The translations under genes and the position numbers were made by a program. DNA of 64,000 nt from the human T2T-CHM13v2.0 reference genome, Homo sapiens: NCBI RefSeq assembly GCF_009914755.1, contig NC_060934.1; one strand, written 5' to 3'. The notes beneath the pieces were generated by a model. That model saw only the letters and a list, made by a program, of their open reading frames with translations. It was not told the DNA's origin and did no database searches. Numbering within the stretch: the stretch's first letter is position 1; each line of letters opens with the position of its first letter. Positions 14,011-26,399 of this stretch are shown in pieces.

Positions 14011-14695
14011 CAGGCGAATTCTTCAAGCTGGGAGGCAGGCTCAAGTGTTTCACCAACTCAGCATAGGCAAAGCTGTGACTGATAGGGCTTTACAATCCAT
14101 ATGGATGCACTATTTTTTTTTCTCCTAGGGAGAATTGTGCCATGATTTTGAAGTCAGAGGGAAAGTTGTGGGCTTTATTTCTGGTCACTCAATTTTGTAT
14201 CTATATAAAATTTTGAAGATTGTTTAACTATATATATTATTTGTTAACCAGTGATGGGAAAATCTTCTTTGTATGGCTTCTGTAAAGAGAAAATGAGATC
14301 ACACTTTAAGCATCTTTGTTGATTTCTTGGTACTGCAAATGGCCCAAAAATGTTTGCTAATGTTATTGTTTTTGATACGTGGCCTCTTATATCACAGTTT
14401 CCTTACTTGTACAATGTGGATAGCAGAAGTTTTTTATTGAGTTTGAATAATTTAAGTAACGTTTGAGGTAAGATTCAAGGTGTATTACATAAAACAATAA
14501 TTAAATAAATGTATTACCCATCTGTCTCCTAAGAAGGCTGCCAAAAAAGTATCTTTCTCCAATCTACAACTACCTAAACATGATTGCTAAATATTTTCCT
14601 TATCCCTGGAATATGTTCAACTCAGCCAAAACATGAAAAAATGGTGATTAAAGGTGAGAAATAAAATTAATTTAGAGGAGCTTAGAAATGACAGC

Positions 14696-15585
14696 TCCAC
14701 TACATTGTTACTGCTTTTCTCACCCTGCTGTGAAACGAACACCAGAACTGACTCTTCTTGTCCCACTGTAACTTTGTACACATTGACCAACTTCTCCCAT
14801 TCTCCTCTAACCACTATTTTCCCCAGCCTCTCAAAACCACTATTCTACTCTCTATTTCTATGAAATCCACTTTTTAAGATTTTTTATATTAGTGAGATCA
14901 TGAGGTGTTTTGTTCTTCTTTGCCTGGTTTATTTCACTTTACATAATATCCTCCAGATTCATCCATGTTGCCACAAATAACAGGATTTCATTCTGTGTTA
15001 TGGCTGAATAATATTCCATTGTGTGTATATACACATTTTCTTCATCCATTCATCTGTAGACGGGCATTTAGGTTGATCCGTATCTTGGCTATTGTGAATA
15101 GTGCTACAATAAACATGGGAGTAGAGATATCTCTTCAACATACTGATACAATTTTTTTGGCTATATACCCAGTCATGAGATTGCTGGATTATATGGTAGT
15201 TTTATTTTTAATTGTTTGAGAAAGCTTCTTACTGTTTTTCAAAGTAGCTGTACTAATTTACATTCCTACCAACAGTGTATGAAGGTTTCCTTTTCCACAT
15301 CATCTCCAGCATTTTTTTTGGGTCTTTTTCGATAATAGCCATTCTAACTGGGGTGAGGTGATAGCTCACTGTACTTTAGACTGGTATTTTCCTGCAAATA
15401 TAATGTAGTGTATATTTCAAGTAGCTAGAAGAGAAAATTTTGTGCGTTATTACTACAAAAAAATGTTTAAAGTGATGCATATGATAATTACCCTGATTTG
15501 GTGATTATGCAATGTATACATGCATTGAAACACACTGTGCCCCACCAATATTCACTAATATGTGCCAATTATAAATTTTAAAAAT
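14696..15585. mobile_element. 5'-inverted (twin-primed) L1MA: 14696-15392 minus, 15396-15585 plus
   Basis: the two parts are consecutive in the L1MA 3'UTR and share 'aatgtagtg' at the break. Confidence 0.8.
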
Positions 15586-16357
15586 TAGTTATTTTAACTT
15601 TTTCTTGTTATTCTTTATATGCAGTCAGGAATTATTAACTTTCCCTTGCCAGCTTTCTAAACATGTGATCCAAAAGATTGATTGATTCCTACGATTCTAT
15701 TACAATGAAGGTGGCAATTTTGTGGTCAATACCTTCTTCAAGCAGCCAGTGTCCAAATGTTTCACAAAGATAACATAAAGACATCACTTTTCCCCTTATG
15801 AACATTTGCAACATCACTGAAATATATCAGATATGACTTTCAATTGTGTCTGCTAGTAACCATCTCAATTAGTAATACAATTCACTTAGTATGGTAAAAA
15901 ATATAATGTGAAATTGCAGATTTTGTACATGAGAAAAATTCAGGATGTTGCAGTTTATCTTTTCTTGTAAGGTACTAAGGGTTATGATGATTTTGCACAG
16001 TTAATTCTATCCATTAACCTTTCTCTCAGGCTTTGTCTTCTTACAGTGTTCTGATTTCCAGAAAACAAATTAAATCTTTGGAAGACTGACAAAATAAACA
16101 TTAGTTTAATATTAAATGAACAGATACAGTGAGAGAAAATGAAAAGACAAAATAGATTTATAACTAAAATAGTTCAGGGATTTTAAAAAAGCAACATGAA
16201 GTGGGGATATTACCATGGATTAGTGCGCCAGACAACACCAGAATTAATCATAATTTTGTTAATAAAGAGTTGCATGATTTTGATTTTTAAAAACTTCTCC
16301 ATATTTTTCTCATCTAGTAAAAGAAGGAAGGGAAGGATGATATATAACATCCTTTTT

Positions 16358-16722
16358 TAAATTATTATTATACTTTAAGTTTTAGGGTACATGTGCACAA
16401 TGTGCAGGTTAGTTACATATGTATACATGTGCCATGCTGGTGTGCTGCACCCACTAACTTGTCATCTAGCATTAGGTATATCTCCCAATGCTATCCCTCC
16501 CCACTCCCTCCACCCCGCAACAGTCCCCAGAGTGTGATGTTCCCCTTCCTGTGTCCATATGTTCTCATTGTTCAATTCCCACCTATGAGTGAGAATATAC
16601 GGTGTTTGGTTTTTTGTTCTTGCGATAGTTTACTGAGAATGATGATTTCCAATTTCATCCATGTCCCTACAAAGGACATAAACTCATCATTTTTTATGGC
16701 TGCATAGTATTCCATGGAGTAT
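16358..16722 (-). mobile_element. 5'-truncated L1PA3
   Basis: near-consensus 3'UTR ('cacaatgtg', 'gatgttcccc'); TSD 'acatccttttt' at 16347-16357 and 16723-16733. Confidence 0.93.
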
Positions 16723-16769
16723 ACATCCTTTTTAGTTCTGACATTAATTTATTAATTTTTTTCACAAGT

Positions 16770-17350
16770 GTTTTTTATCATTACTATGTTCTTTGCAACC
16801 TTCCAAATACTAGGAATTTGGAAGTTATAATCCTGCTACAAAGAGGATTACAGTCTAATGAGAAAGTCAGCTAGTCAAAGAAAGTGATATAGCATGAAAA
16901 CCAATTAAAATATGCACAGTGTTACATGGGAAGGACAGAAGATGATGGATTAGGAAAAGAGTAGGGAAGGGCTTCACATATAAGGCAAAATGTAAGCCCC
17001 TATTGAACAGAGAAGGAGAGAAGGCTTTTCAAGAGACAAAGCAGCAAGCTATGGTCCATGGGGCTGGGAGAGAAATGAGGCGCTTGTTAGGGCAGACCCT
17101 TAGCAGGCACTCAATAAAAAAATCTATGTAGCAAATTCTGGAAAATACAGCCAGAATGCAAGAAAGGCAGGAAATGAGTCTGTACAGAGAGGACTAGGAC
17201 TAATCATGAATCCCCCATATACCAGGCTATATATTTTTAGCTTAATCTTATGGGCAGTTGAGTAAACGTAAGTGGATTTGAGTTTCAGACATTTTACTTG
17301 GCAGTTATATGAAGTCTGTTTTGGAATCAAGTAATGCTGGATCAGATAAG
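16770..17350 (-). mobile_element. L2 3' part (resumes at about 18070-18400)
   Basis: 'ttacagtctaatgagaaagtcag', 'gggaaggggcttcaca'-like and 'gattggcaagacttggtaa' L2 antisense motifs. Confidence 0.6.
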
Positions 17351-17476
17351 AGAACATCCAAAAATTGTTAAGCAAAAATTAAAGGTATATTTTTGGGGGA
17401 CTTATGTGTGGTTTCAATAACAAAACTACACAAAGTAATTGTATTAATCAATATTTTTCTCTCATGGTCATCAATT

Positions 17477-18689
17477 TTTCCTAGCATTATTATCCAACAT
17501 GTCCATCTACACAGGTACAATGCAGCCCAGACATTCAACGACACATTTAGAGTCTCCCTTTTTGGGATTGCTAGCACGAATCATGGTCATTTTGCTGATA
17601 TCATCTGTGAATAATTATGACTGATTTTAAAATATAGACCAATCTTTCACATATTTTAAAGATTACTTTTGTTTAATGGAAATCATTAATTTTTGTTTGA
17701 CAGTAGAGGGACGAAATGGCCGTTCACATTGTCAAGGCCACAGGCTTTGTCTCTTTGGCTGCCCAACTACCATTCCCAATCATCTCTTGTGCTATGGTGC
17801 TAGTTGCAACTCTTGCTATTTGGTCACACTTTAACGAGTAAGAAAAGTAAAAGGAAGGAAAATAGCACTCTCTCCTGAAAGTCTGTCTTCTGTGTCATCA
17901 TACAACTACCCCAGGAGCCAGAATTTTATCACCAGAAGCTACCATGAGGGTAGAAGGTGTATAAAGATTTTATTCTGAAGGCCATAGATATAGCAAATAT
18001 GGATGATTCTAGCACTTTAGAGGAAAATAAGCATTCACTATCATAAAGCTTGAAGTAAAAAAAAAACATGGCATTGAGAGTAGAGACAGGGCAACACACC
18101 TTAAGACTAATTTGAAGAAATGATTGGCAAGACTTGGTAAATTAAATGTGAAATGTGAGCATGAAGAATAAAAAGTTTGCTTATGATCCCATCTTGCCTC
18201 ATTTTGTGGTGAGAGGTGCTGTTAACTGAGCTGAGTTTAGAACGAAGAGTATAGAGTGGGAGGGCTGGCTTTACACTTTGTGTGAGAATACAGTAACATA
18301 TAGTTGTCACGCAGTCATTCAATGAAATAAGAAAGTAAAATAATTTGAAATGGAGATCAGTAAGAAGACAAATAAGTAGGCATGGTGTTTATTGAAGGTA
18401 GAAGGCTCAGAAAAAAGTTTTTACTTACCCCCACCCAAAACATTACAATATTTTAGGAGAGCTAATTTATGTTTCCTAGCATTCTAATACAACCTTTTCA
18501 TCTACACAGGTAAAATGCACCCCAGACATTCTGTGACACATTTAGAGTCTCTCTTATTGTAATTGCTAACAAGAATAAGGATTATTTTGCTGATATCATC
18601 TGTGAGTAATTATGTCTTATTTTAAAATGTAAACCAATCTTCCTTGTATTCTAAACATTACTTTTGTTTAACAGAAATCACTAATTTTT
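17477..18689 (+). repeat. Dispersed direct duplication of 218 bp (17477-17694 and 18472-18689)
   Basis: gapless alignment at offset 995, about 84% identity by hand count over the 180 bp compared. Confidence 0.95.
17720..18020 (-). mobile_element. Old MLT1 (MaLR) LTR fragment
   Basis: 'ttgtcaaggccacaggctttgtctct...atggtgctagttgcaactcttgct' resembles antisense MLT1J/K. Confidence 0.45.
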
Positions 18690-18801
18690 CAATAAAATCC
18701 CCTGCTTGTAACACAGTTAGCACTTTTATTTTTTTACAATCAAATCAGCCACCATCTTAGTCCTATTTTTATTGCAAATACAACATTCTATTTAATTCTT
18801 T

Positions 18802-18803
<2 letters not shown>

Positions 18804-18838
<35 letters not shown>
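18804..18838. repeat. (TG)n microsatellite
   Basis: direct. Confidence 0.98.
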
Positions 18839-18841
<3 letters not shown>

Positions 18842-19554
18842 CTTTATGGATTCAACTATAAAATATGCCCTGACTCTTTTAGAAGATTGCAACACTAAGA
18901 TAAATAGGATTTAACTGCACCAATTAGAGAAGCTATTATAGAGTTCACTTACATCAGAATCTTCACAATTATCCTTCGGGGTCCATTTTTTTAAATCAAT
19001 TTTTGAAGTGACAAGTGTGAGAACTCACAATTGGTACCTCAAGTCAGAAAACACTCCCTCAGGACAACAAATGAGCTTTTTGGAATCTTGTGTTTTTATA
19101 TGACATATTACCATAAGTTGTAGTGGTGGTATTTGAATGTGTTGTGTTCATTTCCAGTAAATATTCTATGTGTAATTTTACATGGCATTCAACACTTTTA
19201 GTTTTAGGGGTATAGGAGATAAGGAAACTATTATATAGGCTTGTTAATTTTTTTAGGCTACACAATATTTACCCACTGAATGTATTTTGATCCCATGTGG
19301 TTGCAAACACAAGAAAATTTTGAATATGTAAGAGGAAAGTTTATAGTACAGGCAGAATTTAACTTAGGATATAAACCTCAGTTAAATTAAAAGTCATGAA
19401 AAGGTATATCAGTGAACAGAAATTGGAAGGAAGATGTTAACTCTTCAATGAGTACAATCTGATCAATTATCACATTCTTCATGAGATAGAATAGGTTAGC
19501 ATTTTGTAAGTCTGGAAAACACTGAGAAATTGTCAGGCATTGATCTATATATGA

Positions 19555-19745
19555 CCATGGATCTCAAACTTTAGTCTGCATCAGGATCACCCTGTTAAAG
19601 GCTTGTTAATATACAGACTGCTATGGCCTACGCTCAGATCTTCTGATTTAGTATGTCTAGTGTGGGGCCTGAGAATATGCATTTTTAACAAGTTCCCAGG
19701 TGATACTGATGCTGCTGGTCCAGGAATCACTTTGAGTAGTACTGC
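19555..19745. mobile_element. MER5A (hAT-Charlie)
   Basis: 'tctcaaacttt...gcatcaggatcacc...gcatttttaacaagttcccaggtgatactgatgctgctggtcc...actttgag'. Confidence 0.92.
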
Positions 19746-20819
19746 TCTTTCATGAGCTATACATAAAATGGACAAAATGTAAGCAACTGGCCCTGAAAGA
19801 GGGCTAGTTTCTTTGGTTCTATGAATATCAACTTGAGATACTACATCATATTTGATGCTGCATTAACCTTCCCATTAAATTTTATAATGAAAATAATCTC
19901 TGAATAAATTTCTAGATTTTTCAAAGAGAGAGGGCCTCTGGAGATATGTTATTTAAACTTGGATGATTTAATTTATACAGTCTATTCTGTGATTAGACTA
20001 AATTAAGTTAATGACATTATTTCCCCTAAATACTCCATAGGATCATAAAAATGTTAAGCATTGTTTTAATTTTTAAATAAATAGATGACAAATTTTTAGA
20101 GAAATATCTGATTTATCTTACTGGATAAATTTAGAACTAAAAAAATTTTTTGACAGAACTGTAATGCTTAAATGCAATGTCTACTTCCTGCCTCCTATGA
20201 TAATAGTTCTCACTATTATAAAAAAAAAAAGAGTTGTTCATAGTAGTAGAATCAGAACTGCCAGGGAATTAAAGAAAGAGCTACATTTCAGAGAAAGGAT
20301 TCTGACCTATATAAGACTGAAACATGTCCCTCCTGCCATGAATATCACACTGAATTCTGGAACAATGCTTTCTGAGGGCTACTTAGACTTTGAAGAAATA
20401 TAGGGATAAGCAAGTATTCTCATTTTCCCTCATTCTTAACTCCAGTACTTTAAAATAAGTAAGCAAACAACAACCACAAAAAAACACCTATATCGATACT
20501 AGGATAAGCCTGAATTACATATTTCAAAATATACTGCTTGCTGCAATATAATTTAAATCAAATTAGAAGAGGGCTTGAAATATATTAAATTTTGTCCTTG
20601 GTTGCATACTACCTTGGTGTACATATTGAATTATAAAATGACAAAAGTCCCACGCTAAGATAATTTATGTAAACAGTCCCTTTTCAAAATAAGGATAAAC
20701 ATACAATGAATTTAACATCAAGGGCTGAAGTTGCATTCATATAATATTAAAGAGTGGTAATAATTTGGAGTCCATTTTCTTACCAATCTTATAAGCATAG
20801 CAGCACTCGGAAAATAGTT

Positions 20820-21400
20820 TTCACTCATTCAAACAAAACATTTAATGAGCACCTACTATAGTCCATCATTCTGGAGATAAAGAACAAAAGCTTTAAGTCA
20901 CTGTCTTCATAGAACGCATGTTCTGGCAAAGGTAGTTAAGGAACACACGTATGAAAATAAGAATGAGCACATCACAAGGCTGACCCATAACAAAAATTGG
21001 GTAATAAGATAGAAAATGCTATTTTAGATAGTATGCTATTGATATGTCATTCCTGATGAGACCTGAACCATAAAAGAGAGCAATGCAAAGATAAAGGAAA
21101 AGCATTCCAGATCAAGGGAACAGCTAGTTCAATAGTTTTCGGGCTTGGGGTCTTTATACTCACAAAGAAGTCCAGCAAGTCTGGTCCATAATGAATAATA
21201 CAGTGTGGGGGATGGAGTTGTGGTGAATCACAGTTACCACATCACATAGGGCATTATAGATAGACCATGAGAAGGGGTTTGGACTTCATTGGAAATAAAA
21301 TGGAAATCTACTAAATTTATATTTTAATCAGAAAGATATGATAAGATTCATATTGTTAAAAAGTTCGTTCTGTCCACTGTAGGAGGAACAAGACAGGAAT
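20820..21400 (-). mobile_element. L2 3' end
   Basis: 'tcactcattcaaacaaaacatttaatgagcacctacta'. Confidence 0.8.
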
Positions 21401-22084
21401 CATTCAGCCTGGTAAGGAGGCATAAATTATTAATATATACTAGAACAAAAGAAGAAACATATAATATGTTTAAAAATGGGGAGTCATTCAAAAGTAAAGT
21501 AGTACTAGCTGATTTTAATAAGCCCAAATTCAATTTAGGTACTATTTTAGTAATTATCCTTACAACAATATTAATTATGCTTATGGCTTTCTGCCAATAT
21601 CTCATTTGGCTTTGGTCGTGGAAGCTAATTGCACACTGATAAGAGAAGAGCATTCTGACCTTGTAAATGAATTCTTATTTTAATTGATTTCTGTATAAGC
21701 AATAATCAATGCAAGGTAATACAATTATACAGATGTTGACTTTTTTATTTTTATAATTCATTAAAGAGATCTTTCATAGGGGATATCATGAGCTTTGAAT
21801 AATTTAACAACAATTTTTTCCAATATGTGGAATTAATTATTTAATAATTCACTAGCTGATTAATGATCAATAAGCTAATCTCAGTTTAAACCCATCTGTA
21901 ACATTTAATGATCCTTAGCCGTATTTCACTAAAACTCCAAAATGAAATAAAGACCTCTATTATGAAGTTGATTTAGGCCTTGTCTATTCTACACTCTCCA
22001 ATGAAAAATGATGGTGATACACAGTGTTCTCCCAGTGTATCTTAAAACGAAGAATAAAAGTGCTTCCTAAACAAGAATGAGTTA

Positions 22085-22200
22085 TGGGATTTAATTCTAG
22101 CTTTGGCAATGATTCATTGGATAACCTTGGGAAAGTTACTTCAACATTCTCATGTGGTTTCCTAGTTGTAAATGGGGATATTAACCATTTGCCACTGAAG
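22085..22200 (+). mobile_element. MIR
   Basis: 'ataaccttgggaaagttacttcaacattctc...tgtaaatggggata'. Confidence 0.75.
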
Positions 22201-22584
22201 TTCTAAGCCTGACTTATGGGATAGTAGTTGCTTACTAAGAATTTTAAAATAAAATTGCAAAGCTTGTGATAAGCCAGATATTCTATTACAAATACCAATA
22301 AACAAACAAATGTATAAGATAAATGAAAACAGGTTTAAAAGATTTTATGTTCCAGGTACTAGGTAGGTTGCGTACAGGATAGCAAGATGAACAAAACACA
22401 GTTGATCTTAAGGACATAATTTTCAAGCCAAAGAGATAGGTTCACATAAAAAATAAATTTATAGACATTGTACATGCTACTGAGAATGACTGGCCATTAG
22501 AGTATGAGTCATGAGAGAGGGGATTTCATCTGTCTCATTCAGTATTTTTAACCCACCACTTGGAATGGTGCCTCACTTTTTTGG

Positions 22585-23800
22585 TCATTCAATGTTTGTT
22601 TATTAAGGGAATATTTACAGGATCTCTACTATGTATCAGGCACAGTTCCAGAGCTGGGGATATTAGCATTGACAAGTTAACACCCCTGACCTCAAACACT
22701 TATTTATATCATAGTAAGGGAGACAGGCAACAACAAATAAATGAAATATGAGGTATAACATCAGCTAGTGGTAAGTGCTTTAAAGGAATGTTGTCACAGG
22801 ATGAAACTGAGTGTCAAAGCCTACTATTTTAGGTACATGGAATACAGAAGACTTTTTTGAAGAGGTTACAATTGAAGAGTGGCTTAAAAAATATCAGTGA
22901 CTGAAACATGAAACATGAAACATGAAATATGAGGAAAATGTACTCTATGTACATCGTAAGTACAGTGTATGGTATGTACTATGATATAAAGTGCACTTTT
23001 CCCAGCAAGTACAAAGGTCCTGAGGTGGGAAAGACTTGAGCAATGGGATATTCTTGTAGTTTATGGTAAGAGCCACGTTTTGTCAAAGTGCAATCAGAAA
23101 ATGTTGGAGGAGTATGAGCAAGGGAGTGACATGATCTGACTTAGGTGCTTAAAATATCACTCTGACTTCTCTGTAGCAGACAGACCCTAGGTAAGCAGCA
23201 ATAGAACAGTGAAACCTGTTAAAATGCTGTTACAGGGATCCAGGTGAGGGACCCTAGCAGTTTATGTGGAAACCACTGATGTGATAAAAAGTGCTCAGGT
23301 CTGCCATTTGTATTTGACATACACCTTGAAGTTAGAGCTAGTGGGATTTGTTATGGATTGGATGTGAGGTATCCCAGAGAATGAGGACTCAGATGCCTAC
23401 TTTCATGTTCTGAGCAATTGGATAGCGGGTTGCCATTTTGGAAGGATCAGATTATAAAGAGAAATAAATAAAAGATCAATTTGTGAAATATTGGAATTGA
23501 AAAGCCTTTGAAATATCCAAGTGGAGATTTGGAATATACTAGTCTGAGGCTCTAGGGTAAGATTAGGCTAGAAATGTAAATTTCATGTCATTGTCATATA
23601 GCTGGTATTAAAAGTCACAGAACTGGGTGAGGTCACCATAGAGGAGCTTAGAAAGAAAAAGAAACGTAAATTGCAGGGAAATTCAACAAAGTAGACTGAG
23701 AATGGCCAATATGATACGAGGAAATCAGTTTGTGAATTGCACCCTGGAAGCCCAATGTTGCAAATACTCTAGGAAAACAGGGCCCATGTGGACTAGACAG
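22585..23800 (-). mobile_element. L2a long fragment
   Basis: 'atctctactatgtatcaggcacagttc', 'gagcaagggagtgacatgatctgactt', 'ggattggatgtgagg'. Confidence 0.85.
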
Positions 23801-25086
23801 AGGAGAAATATAGGCTATTTACATTTATTGCTTGTTTTTCAGAAACTCTTCTTTAATGGGAGTAGAGGCATCAAAACAGACACAAATTCCAAGGATGAAA
23901 CAATGGCAGATGAAAGAAATATCTTTGACCTATGCCTCATTGGTCAAATTCTTTCTACTAAAGGGCAAGAATTGAGGTTGCTGCACACCCATATAGATTT
24001 GCTGCTAGTAACAGAGAGAGGTGAAAAAGAAAATAAAGAGTGGAAAAAAAGAGAAAAAAAGTATATTTAAATAACAAAATATTCAGTCACAGTGGTTTTC
24101 AAATAGTCACAATATTCACTACACAGGTAAGACACAATGACCACTATTAAAACCCAGCTCATCTGGCTCTTGTCTGGTTTGATTACTAGTATCCTCCTGG
24201 CTAAATCATTCAATTTAATTAGCATGAGAAAGGGTTAAACATCAGTTAGCAAATGTAAAATATTCCAAAGCTTCTTCAAAAGAGACATCTATAAACACTG
24301 AAATTATATTGAAATGACTTACTTTCAGGTATTATTTTCAAAGAGCACAATTATTATATAGCAATATTGTGGCAGAGAACCACATGCCACCTGTTTTCCT
24401 CTCTCTACAAACAGGGACAAAATGCTGAAGTTAGTTTGCAATTAACCACTTTGATCTACTTCTGGCAATGCATTCTTCATCTTCTTCATATTATAATACA
24501 AGTAGCATCTCTGAATTGAAGGCATTTAACTAAAGAAAAAAGCATAAACACTCACACACAGAAGGAGCAGTAGCAAATTAGAGCAAATCAGCAAGCAAAC
24601 TATAAGAGGCTGCTTTAGAGCACTGAAATACAACTCAGCTTAAATTAGTTCAACTGAATTTCTTTTATACAACAGCTTAACCCGTGCTTGCTTTGGTCTT
24701 AATTTCTAACTAATGTTAAGACATTCTGCTGATGCCACTGATGAATAACAAAAGCAAAAGTTGCTGGGTAAACACAATTAATAACCATATGCAGTATCTT
24801 TGTAAACTAAAAGGAAAATAAAATTTGCAAAGGAATAAAATAAGAAATTAGTCATTTTATTAAGACAAGCATAGAGGTAAAAGTAAAACTGAAATAAAAT
24901 CTCTTCTGTTGACAAATCACGTTTGCTTGGATAAAATAATTGAAGCCAAGAAACAAGGTACTTATTGTTTCTACAGTACTGTTCTTAAAATGCAGTTTTG
25001 TGATATCAGATAATATAAGAAAATGGAATCTAAAATCCAGCCTTTCCACTTCACGTTGCTATTATTAAGAATAAAAAGAATGAATT

Positions 25087-25142
25087 AAAGCATATATATA
25101 AATAAAAGCATATATATAAATAAAAGCATATATATATAAAAG

Positions 25143-25172
<30 letters not shown>
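25087..25172. repeat. Tandem 'aaagcatatatata' units followed by (TA)n
   Basis: direct. Confidence 0.9.
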
Positions 25173-25177
<5 letters not shown>

Positions 25178-26399
25178 GCACAGGCAAACAATAAACAAGA
25201 GAAAACCCATCAAAAGACATGTTTCTTTGTAACCAAAAATTGATGAGTCCATTTCTAAATAAAAGTGTCCTTTGTTGATCTTGAACTCTTGAATTTAAAT
25301 ACTGACATCAGTTCTCATAAGTTGTAGACACTATGATAGAAAATATCTTGGTGATCAGAAAGGAATTATGTAGAAATGTCTAGTGAGGGTTTGGAAAACC
25401 TGAATGCTACCAGGAGCTTCCTGAGATATGTTTATGGTTGTGTTAGTGATACAGGTTCAGATGTGGGTAGCTGTCATGACTTTTTAAAAATGTTTATAAA
25501 ACATACATTTCTATGAACCATTCTGTTTTGTCATAAGAAAACGCATAATTATGAAAGTCTAAACTTCCCTTTTTTCTCCAATTAAAAATGTAATGGAAAA
25601 CGTAATGTGGAAAATGAAAGCCATTTAGAAACTTTAAGTGAAAGACATAATAAATAATATAAATTATATATTACTAAAGTTAAGGAAAGACTTGTATCTG
25701 CAGAACTAAAACATGGTTATCAGAGGGAAAAATCTAGACATAGTAGTGGTATTTCAGAACTTAAAGGATAAAAAGTAAGCAGAGAGAGGGCAAAAATTTC
25801 ATGAGTAAAGATAAAATTGGCATCAGATACTTATCTCATTGACAACAATGGTGGTTAAAATATAATAGCTTCCAAATTCTTTAAAATCCGTAAACAACCT
25901 CAGTAGCATTCAAGGACAAGGGAAAAATAAAAACATTTCTGGTTGTTTAGAAAAACAAAGCAAGGCAACAGGTTTTTGCTTCAGCCTTGACTCATCAAAT
26001 ACAGGAGAATTCAAGAAAATGATGTAGGAGCAGATGGTTTATTGTGGAGGAAAATGACAAGCAGCAGAGTAGGAGACAGGAACGAAGGCAGAAAGGTAGA
26101 GAAAGACAATCTAGGGATGCATGTTTATTTTGCGTTGAGTAAATTCTTATTTCAGTAACATAATAAGTTAAATTATTTTAACTGCAGAGTTCAATACATT
26201 TTCAGTTATGTCTGCACACATGTAGCTAACCCCCAGTTAAGATAAAAATTATTTCCAGTATTCCTTGTGGGGATGTTTTCCTTGTGGCTGTAATTTTCCA
26301 TATTCCAATTATTTCTATATATTTCCCTTGGAGTTTAAATTCTATGTACATCCCGGTATTCTAATTTGCATTATTATTGATGGGGTTAACTTCAGTTTG

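Noticed and set aside
17515-17606. Resemblance to the 92-nt mutually exclusive sodium-channel exon (shared TFRV)
   Set aside because: Only the length and four residues match; the S3-S4 arginine pattern and neighbouring exons are absent
23702-24070. 122-aa ATG ORF
   Set aside because: Starts inside L2, ends in low-complexity A-rich sequence, no recognisable homology
25087-25172. Spaced short repeats resembling a CRISPR-like array (also the 'gaaacat' tandem at about 22903-22931)
   Set aside because: Simple slippage repeats with no unique spacers, in eukaryotic DNA
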